From contig JASEGJ010000028.1 in the NCBI GenBank assembly GCA_030018135.1, positions 1 through 11,220 of the forward strand: DNA of 11,220 nucleotides, in the 5' to 3' direction. This DNA comes from Candidatus Hodarchaeaceae archaeon (lineage in GTDB: Archaea > Hadarchaeota > Hadarchaeia > Hadarchaeales > Hadarchaeaceae). Made by a program: the position numbers and the translations under genes. Of this stretch, positions 1-8,725 are shown piece after piece. The notes under the pieces are model-generated. The model did not search any database, was not told where the DNA came from, and saw nothing but the letters and a program-made list of their open reading frames with translations. Position 1 is the stretch's first letter, and each line of letters starts with the position of its first letter.

Positions 1-60
1 CGCTTGCATGAATAGTCATCAACGGCAAAAACAAAGGAATTTTGCACACCCCTAATGATG

Positions 61-780
61 CTATTCTGATTCGCGTAAACCGACATATTTATAGACATGG
101 CTAGGCTTTCCTCGGCCGCCCAGCCCGTTGGCGGCGAGCTTCGTTTGCTCGGTCGGTTGCACAAGTCCTTGCCCGACCAACTTTTGGACCGTGCGCCAAA
201 CCGTAATTTTTGAGGCCCGCGTTCGACGCATCAGCTCCGGTATTGTGAACTCTTTCATTTCCATGATGTGGCCGACTATCTCCACATCCCTGACGGTCAT
301 GTCGTGGAGGCCATGCTCGAGTAAGGTTGAAGTCGCCTCGCCCCACATGCGCCTGTGCCCGATCCACACCGCAAATACCATGATGCCCATCGTCACGCCT
401 ATGCTGGCAGAAATGGGCACAACGGCAATACCCTCGGTTTTGTAAACTATGACCTGTGTCCCTGTTACTGCGACTTTTTCTTGAAGCCTTTGCAACGCCA
501 CTTCCTCGTTATCCGCTTGAAGCGGGGAGATATAATCATAAAGGGGGACGGCATCCTCCACCGAGCCCGTGATAATAGCATAATATGAAGATGGAATATT
601 ATCCTCAGGCCCGCCCCCCGCTTGAGAACGGGTAGAGGCTATTCCTGCAAGTATGTCTTCAACCGGCAAAACGTAGGTGCGAGGCTTACCATAGGAGTGA
701 TTCAGGGCAAAATAAGATATCGCGGTCGCGCAGACCGCAACGCTCAAAGCTATCAGCGCGCCAAGCGCCCGGTGGCGCAT
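61..780 (-). CDS. Membrane-anchored transcriptional regulator: two hydrophobic helices around an extracytoplasmic segment, plus a C-terminal winged helix-turn-helix
   Basis: Hydrophobic stretches ALGALIALSVAVCATAISYFAL and IAVVPISASIGVTMGIMVFAVWIG. C-terminus FTIPELMRRTRASKITVWRTVQKLVGQGLV...GRGKPSHVYKY looks like a wHTH with wing. GGTGA SD at 785-789 (minus). Confidence 0.75.
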   Translation of the reverse strand: MRHRALGALIALSVAVCATAISYFALNHSYGKPRTYVLPVEDILAGIASTRSQAGGGPEDNIPSSYYAIITGSVEDAVPLYDYISPLQADNEEVALQRLQEKVAVTGTQVIVYKTEGIAVVPISASIGVTMGIMVFAVWIGHRRMWGEATSTLLEHGLHDMTVRDVEIVGHIMEMKEFTIPELMRRTRASKITVWRTVQKLVGQGLVQPTEQTKLAANGLGGRGKPSHVYKYVGLRESE

Positions 781-781
781 G

Positions 782-850
782 ATTTCACCAATGAAATATT
801 TAGAACTTGGATATAAAAGTTAGGTTTCGTATATGAAATTTAATATTTAT
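782..850. promoter_or_regulatory. Divergent archaeal promoter region with two RTTTCR-N4-TGAAAT palindromes
   Basis: ATTTCAccaaTGAAAT at 782-797 and GTTTCGtataTGAAAT at 824-839. TATA-like TTTTATAT on minus (811-818) and TTTAATATTTAT on plus (839-850). Confidence 0.55.
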
Positions 851-882
851 CCGAGGGGTTCGGACAAAAAATAGGGTTGAAC

Positions 883-1062
883 ATGAGAACGGCGATCGTA
901 GCGACAATTTTAATGCTGGCTATATTTCCGAATCCCGTGACAGCAGGCAATGGTTCGCCAACGTTCGACGATGCGCTACGAGAGGCGCTCATAGGTTCTA
1001 GTGGTATCTTGATGCTCGTAGCGGGCTTCTGGTATTTGTTAAAGAAATGGGGGGAGAGGTGA
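883..1062 (+). CDS. Small membrane protein (59 aa): signal-peptide-like N-terminus and one C-terminal TM helix
   Basis: MRTAIVATILMLAIFPNPVTA|GNGSPTFDDALREALIGSSGILMLVAGFWYLLKKWGER. Its stop codon overlaps the GAGGTGA SD of the next gene, suggesting translational coupling. Confidence 0.6.
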   Translation: MRTAIVATILMLAIFPNPVTAGNGSPTFDDALREALIGSSGILMLVAGFWYLLKKWGER

Positions 1063-1063
1063 G

Positions 1064-1609
1064 ATGAAAACATGGGCTATGGCGGCCGCATCGGTCGCGA
1101 TCATTGCCATAATTTTAGGCGCGCTTGTTATACAGCGTATGCCCGGAGGTGACCGAGAACCGAACACGACGGCGACGGTGACCGAGAACGCCGTCGAACT
1201 TGCGATCAGCATTGAAAAAAGGGGATACCGCTCCGGAGAAAACGTGGACGTGGCGTTCTTATTGAAAAACGGGCGGAATGGCGAAGTCAAATTGATTTTC
1301 TCGGATAGTCAAATCTTTGACCTTGTGATGTACGACGAAAATCTCGCGAAGGTTTGCGCATGGTCAGATGACAAGGCCTTCTTGGAGGTCGTCACCGAAA
1401 TCGCTTTGAATCCGGGAGAATCGCGCAGCCAACTCCTCACTTGGGGACAGAGGAAATACGATCGCGACACTAGCGAATACCTGCCAATCAAACCTGGAAA
1501 GTACTATCTAGAAGGACTCTTGATGGGTGGCTGGTTCGATAACCAAGAAGCGGGCCCCAAGCGTCAGGGGATGCGGACGCCGATGTTGGAGATAGTAATT
1601 TTGCCTTGA
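1064..1609 (+). CDS. Membrane-anchored or secreted BsuPI-like (intracellular proteinase inhibitor, Ig-like) domain protein
   Basis: N-terminal hydrophobic anchor. Pattern FSDSQIFDLVMYD...WSDDKAFLEVVTEIALNPGES...W.Q...PGKY matches the BsuPI family as I recall it. GAGGTGA SD immediately upstream. Confidence 0.7.
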   Translation: MKTWAMAAASVAIIAIILGALVIQRMPGGDREPNTTATVTENAVELAISIEKRGYRSGENVDVAFLLKNGRNGEVKLIFSDSQIFDLVMYDENLAKVCAWSDDKAFLEVVTEIALNPGESRSQLLTWGQRKYDRDTSEYLPIKPGKYYLEGLLMGGWFDNQEAGPKRQGMRTPMLEIVILP

Positions 1610-1663
1610 AAACTCTACCGCATGTGCAGTTGATAAGATCAAATCAGATATCCCAACAAAATT

Positions 1664-3026
<1,363 letters not shown>

Positions 3027-3050
3027 GGCACCACAATTTCTGCTTGGGTG

Positions 3051-3075
3051 AAGGGATATTTAACAACGTAATAAA
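3051..3075. promoter_or_regulatory. Probable shared TATA element for divergent thiC and DUF62-nadM transcription
   Basis: TATTTAA at 3057-3063 reads TTAAATA on minus. It sits about 30 nt from both start codons in a 69-bp intergenic gap. Confidence 0.4.
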
Positions 3076-3095
3076 ACATACTCGAAGGCGATCCC

Positions 3096-4373
3096 ATGCA
3101 AATGGCTGAGGCTAGGCGCGGCGTGGCGACAGAAGAAATCCGGGCCGTGGCGAAGGATGAGGAGAAACCCATCAAACACGTCATGAAAATGCTCGCCATG
3201 GGCCGGATCGTGATCCCGCGGAATGTCAGGCGCGAGGGCATCAAAGTTAAGGGGATCGGGGAGGGGCTGCGGATCAAGGTTAATGCAAATGTCGGCACTT
3301 CGCCCGATTATGCGGATGTTCAAGAGGAGGTCGAAAAAGCCAAGACAGCGGTCAAATACGGGGCCGATACCGTTATGGATTTGAGCGTGGGGGGTGACAT
3401 CGACGAAGTTAGGAGGCGAATCCTCCGCGCCGTCGAGGTGCCGATCGGAACTGTCCCGATTTACCAGGCAGGGGTCGAGGCCGCAAAAGGGGGCAGCGTA
3501 GTGGACATGACCTCCGACGATATCTTCAACGCCATCCGTAAACATGCGGACGATGGCGTGGATTTCGTGACGGTCCATTGCGGTGTGACCAAGGCTGCAG
3601 TTGATGCGCTGCTTCGCCAACGCCGCCTGACTGACGTGGTAAGCAGGGGCGGCTCTTTTTTGATAGCTTGGATGGTGCACCACGGCGAGGAAAACCCGCT
3701 TTACAAGGAGTTCGACTACTTGCTCGAAATTGCTCACAAATACGACCTCACGCTCAGCTTGGGCGATGGTATGCGGCCGGGCTGCTTGGCAGACGCCTCG
3801 GATCGGGCGCAGTTCCAAGAACTCCTAACGCTCGGCGAACTCGTGGAACGAGCTTGGGCGAAGGACGTACAGGTCATAGTCGAGGGGCCTGGGCACCTCC
3901 CGCTCGATCACATCGAGGCGAATGTCAGGCTCCAGAAAAGCGTATGCAGGGGTGCGCCCTTTTACGTGCTTGGGCCGATCGTGACCGATATCGCGCCGGG
4001 CTATGACCATATCGTCGGTGCGATTGGCGGGGCGATCGCGGCTTGGGCCGGTGCTGACTTCTTGTGCTATGTGACCCCCTCGGAGCACATCTGCTTGCCG
4101 AACATCGAGGATGTCAAAGAGGGGGTGATGGCGACGAGAATAGCTGCCCACGCGGCAGATGTCGTCAAAGGCATCGATGTCGAGCGCGATGCAGAGATGG
4201 CGAGAGCGCGAAAGGAATTGAATTGGACAAAACAGTTCGAGTTGGCGATCGACCCTGAGAAAGCCAAAGAACTAAGGCGTAGACGCCCACCCCTTATTGA
4301 CCCCACCGCCTGCGCGATGTGCGGCAAATACTGCGCGATGAGAATGGCGAGCGAGTACTTAGCCAAACTTTAG
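3096..4373 (+). CDS. thiC: Phosphomethylpyrimidine synthase ThiC (short archaeal type, non-canonical radical SAM)
   Basis: KVNANVGTS, GADTVMDLS, GTVPIYQA, VSRGGS, LSLGDGMRPG, EGPGH, PFYVLGP, YVTPSEH and C-terminal CAMCGKYC cluster motif. Confidence 0.92.
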   Translation: MQMAEARRGVATEEIRAVAKDEEKPIKHVMKMLAMGRIVIPRNVRREGIKVKGIGEGLRIKVNANVGTSPDYADVQEEVEKAKTAVKYGADTVMDLSVGGDIDEVRRRILRAVEVPIGTVPIYQAGVEAAKGGSVVDMTSDDIFNAIRKHADDGVDFVTVHCGVTKAAVDALLRQRRLTDVVSRGGSFLIAWMVHHGEENPLYKEFDYLLEIAHKYDLTLSLGDGMRPGCLADASDRAQFQELLTLGELVERAWAKDVQVIVEGPGHLPLDHIEANVRLQKSVCRGAPFYVLGPIVTDIAPGYDHIVGAIGGAIAAWAGADFLCYVTPSEHICLPNIEDVKEGVMATRIAAHAADVVKGIDVERDAEMARARKELNWTKQFELAIDPEKAKELRRRRPPLIDPTACAMCGKYCAMRMASEYLAKL

Positions 4374-4394
4374 ACGTCAGGGAGCTTAAACATC

Positions 4395-4553
4395 TCACGC
4401 CTTTTCGAACATGTCCTTCGACGCGCCACATACCGGGCATACCCAGTCTTCTGGTAAGTCCTCGAAAGGTGTGCTCGGGCTTATGCCGGAGCTTGGGTCA
4501 CCGCTCTCCGGGTTATAAACATATCCACAAACAGTACATCTCCACTTTTGCAT
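4395..4553 (-). CDS. rub: Rubredoxin (52 aa), absent from the ORF track
   Basis: Manual translation: [52 protein letters not shown]. Two CxxCG motifs and [20 protein letters not shown] at 4558-4564. Confidence 0.97.
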   Translation of the reverse strand: MQKWRCTVCGYVYNPESGDPSSGISPSTPFEDLPEDWVCPVCGASKDMFEKA

Positions 4554-4759
4554 TTCTTCACCTCTAAGTAGTGTTTTTGCTCGCTACGTTATGTTTAGGC
4601 TTTTTTGTGTAAAGCCACGAGTTTTTGGTTATTCGCCAGGCGATGGGCACCAATCGGTGCTTACAGTGGCCGGGCCAGTAAACATGACCCAATCCGTGAA
4701 AAATGGATGCCAGCATAACGATTAAGAAGCTTGAGTTCCGCAGACGTATGGGTACGAAG

Positions 4760-5860
4760 ATGACCTACAAAAAACAACTCATAATGCTCCCGGGCCCTAC
4801 GAATGTTCCTGAGCGCGTCATGAATGCCATGACAAAGCCCATCATAAATCACCGCGGCCCGGAATTTCGCGAACTTTACGATAGCCTGCTCAAAAAATTA
4901 AGATACGCGTTTCAGACAAAAAACGATGTTTTCACCTTAACCTCCTCGGGTACCGGAGGCGTCGAGTGCGCGATAAGCAACATCCTCTCGCCAGGTGACA
5001 AGGTTTTGGTTCCGGTCAACGGCGTCTTCAGCCAGAGATTAAAGGAGAAGATCGAGACCTTCGGAGGCTCACCGATAGAGATACCAGTCAAGTGGGGGGC
5101 AGCGGCCACGCCTGATCAAATAGCAGATGCCGCAGAGGGGCAGGATGTCAAGGCGATTGCCGTAGTATATAACGAGACATCGACGGGCGTAACGGCACGA
5201 GTTTTAAATGAAATAGGGAAGATAGCCGAGGAGCATGATGCCCTCTACATCGTAGACGCGATCTCCATCTTGGGCGGGGACGAGCTGCCAGTTGACAAGT
5301 GGGGCATAGACATCTGCATAGCCGGGAGCCAAAAATGCTTGGCCTGCCCGCCCGGGCTGGCGTTGATATCCATAAGCGGCCACGCTTGGGAGGTAATTAG
5401 ACAAACCAGGTCAAAGGCCTACTATTTTAACCTCCTTAAAATCCAAGAGTTTCACGAGCGAAAAGAGACGCCCTTTACGCCTGCTTTGACGCTTTGGTAC
5501 GCGCTGGATGAGGCTTTAACTATGCTGGAGGAAGAGGGACTCGAAAAGCGCATAAAAAGGCACGAGGAGTGCGCTCGCGCCTTCTACGATGCGGTACGGG
5601 AATTTGGGTTGGAACCGTTCGCAGATGAGCACTGGCTTTCAAATACTGTCATTGCGGTAAAAAACCCGCCTGGGATAACGGACAAGGAAATCCGCGACTT
5701 AATGCGTGAAAAACATGGCGTGGTGATCGCAGGAGGGATGGGTCAGCTAAAGGGAACGATGTTCAGGATAGGCAGTATGGGCATCATTACGGGGCGGGAG
5801 GTAGCGGCGACGGTGCAAGCCCTCCGAAGTAGCCTGGAGGAACTCGGGTACTTTAAATAA
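4760..5860 (+). CDS. Class V PLP-dependent aminotransferase (serine-pyruvate / alanine-glyoxylate / archaeal phosphoserine aminotransferase family)
   Basis: MLPGPTNVP, HRGPEF, SSGTGGVE, NETSTG, VDAIS, AGSQKCLACPPG (PLP lysine), TPFTP, FRIGSMG. Start at 4760 preferred, with 4748 or 4703 possible. Confidence 0.9.
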   Translation: MTYKKQLIMLPGPTNVPERVMNAMTKPIINHRGPEFRELYDSLLKKLRYAFQTKNDVFTLTSSGTGGVECAISNILSPGDKVLVPVNGVFSQRLKEKIETFGGSPIEIPVKWGAAATPDQIADAAEGQDVKAIAVVYNETSTGVTARVLNEIGKIAEEHDALYIVDAISILGGDELPVDKWGIDICIAGSQKCLACPPGLALISISGHAWEVIRQTRSKAYYFNLLKIQEFHERKETPFTPALTLWYALDEALTMLEEEGLEKRIKRHEECARAFYDAVREFGLEPFADEHWLSNTVIAVKNPPGITDKEIRDLMREKHGVVIAGGMGQLKGTMFRIGSMGIITGREVAATVQALRSSLEELGYFK

Positions 5861-5887
5861 CGAGGGAAAATATCTATCGTGGTGTTC

Positions 5888-6811
5888 ATGTCCATAACTC
5901 CGACGAAATTCATATGGATGGATGGAAAACTCGTCCCGTGGGATAAGGCTAAAGTTCACGTGCTTACCCATACCTTGCACTATGGCCTTGGGGTCTTCGA
6001 AGGAATCAGATGCTACAAAACCCAAAAGGGTTCAGCCGTTTTTAGGCTGCGAGACCACATCAAAAGACTCGAAAACTCCGCTAGCGTTATGGGGATTAAG
6101 ATCCCATATTCATTCGAAGAGCTTGTGAATGCAGTTAAAAGGGTAATAAAGGCGAACAAGATCGGGGAGTGCTACATCAGACCCATAGTATATTATGGCT
6201 ATGGGGTGATGGGGCTAGATCCAACTGGTTCACCGGTAAATGTGGCGATTGCTGTCTGGCCATGGGGGACCTATCTTGGCGAAGAAGGGCTGAAGAGGGG
6301 GGTCAGGGCAATGGTCTCCTCTTGGCTCCGCATCGACTCGAGAATGCTGCCCCCTCACTCGAAGACCGTTGCAAATTACACCAACTCAATCCTTGCGAAG
6401 CTTGAAGCGGTGAAGGCTGGCTACGATGAGGCTATCCTGCTCAACATTCATGGGTTCGTTGCGGAGGGACCCGGCGAAAATATCTTCCTCGTGAAGGACG
6501 GCGTACTTATAACACCGCCCCTTTCCTCAAGCGCGCTTGGGGGAATTACTAGGGACTCCATAATAAAAATTGCCCAAGATAAGGGCATGCCTGTGCGAGA
6601 GGAAAATGTTTCGCGGGATCAGCTTTATGAGGCGGATGAGGCTTTCTTCACTGGCACCGCGGCCGAGGTAACGCCGATAAGGGAAATCGACGGTCACACG
6701 ATAGGAAACGGGAAAATGGGAAAAATTACTGGGGACCTCCAACACACATTTTTTGAAGCGGTTCGAGGAAAAGTGGCGAAATACATATCTTGGCTAGACT
6801 ACGTGGAATAA
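5888..6811 (+). CDS. ilvE: Branched-chain amino acid aminotransferase (class IV)
   Basis: LHYGLGVFEGIRCY, FRLRDH, YIRP, KTVANY (PLP lysine), EGPGENIF, LGGITR, FFTGTAAEV. GTGGTG SD before ATG 5888. Confidence 0.92.
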   Translation: MSITPTKFIWMDGKLVPWDKAKVHVLTHTLHYGLGVFEGIRCYKTQKGSAVFRLRDHIKRLENSASVMGIKIPYSFEELVNAVKRVIKANKIGECYIRPIVYYGYGVMGLDPTGSPVNVAIAVWPWGTYLGEEGLKRGVRAMVSSWLRIDSRMLPPHSKTVANYTNSILAKLEAVKAGYDEAILLNIHGFVAEGPGENIFLVKDGVLITPPLSSSALGGITRDSIIKIAQDKGMPVREENVSRDQLYEADEAFFTGTAAEVTPIREIDGHTIGNGKMGKITGDLQHTFFEAVRGKVAKYISWLDYVE

Positions 6812-6814
6812 CCC

Positions 6815-6850
6815 CGATTTTTGTTCTTTAAAGAAATCTAGCAAAAATCG
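6815..6850 (+). terminator. Inverted repeat with T-rich tract after ilvE, probable terminator
   Basis: CGATTTTTG (6815-6823) and CAAAAATCG (6842-6850) enclose the perfect palindrome TTCTTTAAAGAA (6824-6835). Confidence 0.45.
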
Positions 6851-6867
6851 AGAAATTTGAACGCATA

Positions 6868-6907
6868 CAAAGGTTATTTAAAAGTCAAAAGATAATCCCG
6901 ACGGTGA
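6868..6907 (+). promoter_or_regulatory. BRE/TATA-like promoter and SD for the TIM-barrel/kinase pair
   Basis: AAAGG followed by TTATTTAAAA (6874-6883). GGTGA at 6903-6907. Confidence 0.5.
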
Positions 6908-6911
6908 GCAA

Positions 6912-7880
6912 ATGAGGCTAGGCAGGAACTTCACCAACCTACTTTATTTTGATTATCTTAGCGATGATGATAAGCGCAAATTTGAGGCGGGTGGGCTTAA
7001 TGTCGCCGATATGGATGCGACCGTTCAAATGATTGCAAAAGGGGACATCGTGAGGCAGGTGTTGGCCGCCAAGGCGTACAGTATCGATCATATTGAGTTC
7101 GATGGCGCAGTGCCCAACCCATACCTAACTTTCACGCAGGAGGACAAACAGAGGGCAAAAAACATTGCACATGAAAACGGCATTACCCTCTCGTTACACC
7201 TGCCCTACTCCTATGTTGGAGCAAGCCTCTGTGCCCCCGATGAGGTGGACAGGCAAGCGGCAAGCGACCTTCAGAAACGCTACATAGAGTTTGCGTCCGA
7301 CCTCGGCTGCAAGTGCTGCGTATTACACCCGGGTATCGCACCATTCCATCATGCGAATGGGAAATATCTAGAGCAGGTTAGGAATAGCCTAATTAAAAGC
7401 TTGCTTGAGCTGGCCACATTTGCGGCTGATCGCGGTATAGAGCTTCACCTCGAGAACAACACGGTTTTTGAGAGGGTTTTTGTGGAGCTAAGTGAAATAT
7501 GCGAGGTACTCGAGGAAGTTAGGGGAAATGGGGCCGCTGTTTACTTTTGCTTCGATATAGGTCATTGGCTTACCCGCGCCGATGTCGGCATGCGGATACC
7601 TAGCCAACCTGAGCGCATCTTAGAGGGGATGCCCGATGGCATGTTCAAGGAGCTACATCTAAACGATTACGTGCCCGGTAAGCGGATCTTCCACCCGCCA
7701 CTCCATGAAGGGATTGGCTTGCTGAGGCATGAGAACCTCAAGCGCTACGCTGAGCTCGTTTCGAAGAAGGGCGTAGAACTCATCGTGGTAGAAACTGCAG
7801 CCGGAACCAAAGAACAGGTCATGCAACGCGATAAAATCCTGCGCGAGGAAACCGAGTATTTGCGGAGCATTTTCGGATGA
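6912..7880 (+). CDS. Xylose-isomerase-like / AP-endonuclease-2 TIM-barrel metalloenzyme (sugar phosphate isomerase/epimerase family), substrate unknown
   Basis: LSLHLPY, VLHPG, LHLENN, FDIGH, LHLND...HPPL..G and VVET metal-ligand pattern. Has an extra N-terminal segment of about 45 aa. Confidence 0.8.
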   Translation: MRLGRNFTNLLYFDYLSDDDKRKFEAGGLNVADMDATVQMIAKGDIVRQVLAAKAYSIDHIEFDGAVPNPYLTFTQEDKQRAKNIAHENGITLSLHLPYSYVGASLCAPDEVDRQAASDLQKRYIEFASDLGCKCCVLHPGIAPFHHANGKYLEQVRNSLIKSLLELATFAADRGIELHLENNTVFERVFVELSEICEVLEEVRGNGAAVYFCFDIGHWLTRADVGMRIPSQPERILEGMPDGMFKELHLNDYVPGKRIFHPPLHEGIGLLRHENLKRYAELVSKKGVELIVVETAAGTKEQVMQRDKILREETEYLRSIFG

Positions 7881-7884
7881 TTTC

Positions 7885-8499
7885 ATGCCCAACGTTTTCC
7901 TAATAGGCAGGCCTGGCTGCGGCAAATCCGCCGTCTACAAGCTACTAGAGGAGGAGCTACGTGCCGCTGGCTACGGAGGTAAGCTCATGCGCATCGACGA
8001 TTTTCCCATACTCAAGCAGATTTTCGACGAAGATATCGAGCATAGACGACATCGCCCAATACCTGAAGGGGGTGTGAAGGTTACCGATGATGCGGTCTGG
8101 GATGACCTTACGAAGGCGTTAAATCAACGGGCGCTTAAGTTGCAGGATCCAAATCTCCTCCTTTTCATAGAATTTTCGCGCGACAGCTACGTTCGCGCAT
8201 TCAAGAACTTTAGCCCGGAGATCTTGCGTAATTCGCTCATACTCTACATCGACGCCCCATTCGATGTTTGCTGGGAGCGAAACGCTCGCCGCGCGCTGGA
8301 GGAGCGAGGTCTCGATGCGCATCTAGTCTCGTGGGAGGAGATGGAGAAGACCTATGCGCGGGACGACAGCAAGGAGCTACCGCGGTACGTTGACGCGCCG
8401 ATCCTCGTAGTGAAAAACGACTCGGATGACATCCAAAAATTGCGGAGGGAGCTTCAGAAAGTCGTGAAAAAACTTAAGAGAATTTTTGTATGTGTTTAG
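7885..8499 (+). CDS. P-loop kinase of the NMP/shikimate/gluconate-kinase-like fold, substrate unknown
   Basis: Walker A GRPGCGKS at the N-terminus, LILYIDAPFDVCWERNARR lid (RxxxR), VVKND. Starts 4 nt after the preceding stop. Confidence 0.8.
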   Translation: MPNVFLIGRPGCGKSAVYKLLEEELRAAGYGGKLMRIDDFPILKQIFDEDIEHRRHRPIPEGGVKVTDDAVWDDLTKALNQRALKLQDPNLLLFIEFSRDSYVRAFKNFSPEILRNSLILYIDAPFDVCWERNARRALEERGLDAHLVSWEEMEKTYARDDSKELPRYVDAPILVVKNDSDDIQKLRRELQKVVKKLKRIFVCV

Positions 8500-8607
8500 C
8501 TCGTCGAAAAGAAGCCCAATTTGGCCTCCGTTCAAGTGCATGATCCTTCAAAATTGATAAGAAGAAGGTTAAAATAACCCCTGTTTCAAAACAGCTTCTT
8601 CTATGAT

Positions 8608-8725
8608 GGCGGCATCCTTCTATTCGCGGCCCATACTGCACCATGGCTCTTCGCCCTAACGGGCCCCCTCCGTCTAAACAACGCGACCAATGCCGTAAGC
8701 TGTTGTCGAGGCACACAGCCCGTTA
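8608..8725 (-). ncRNA. Candidate (degenerate) bridge/seek-RNA-like non-coding RNA
   Basis: Two consecutive domains, each an outer stem, internal loop and inner hairpin: 8657-8725 and 8608-8655. G-U pairs work only on the minus strand. Located directly 3' of the IS110 transposase stop. Confidence 0.45.

Noticed and set aside
3060-4366. Long antisense and alternate-frame ORFs over thiC, such as 3060..3818 (252 aa)
   Set aside because: Shadow ORFs of a GC-rich conserved gene, with no motifs or SD.
4655-4680. CCCGGCCACTGTAAG on minus resembles part of a cobalamin riboswitch core; GGCGATGGG at 4639 resembles a fluoride riboswitch start
   Set aside because: The other required elements are absent: the GGGAA and B12 box for cobalamin, and the downstream CGCC pairing for fluoride.
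4651-4710. Plus-frame peptide VLTVAGPVNMTQSVKN loosely resembles the class V aminotransferase N-terminus
   Set aside because: Only a GPxN pattern, with little nucleotide similarity to the real gene. Likely chance.
4760-8499. Single four-gene operon of both aminotransferases, TIM barrel and kinase
   Set aside because: A terminator-like repeat and a separate TATA/SD at 6815-6907 suggest two transcription units.
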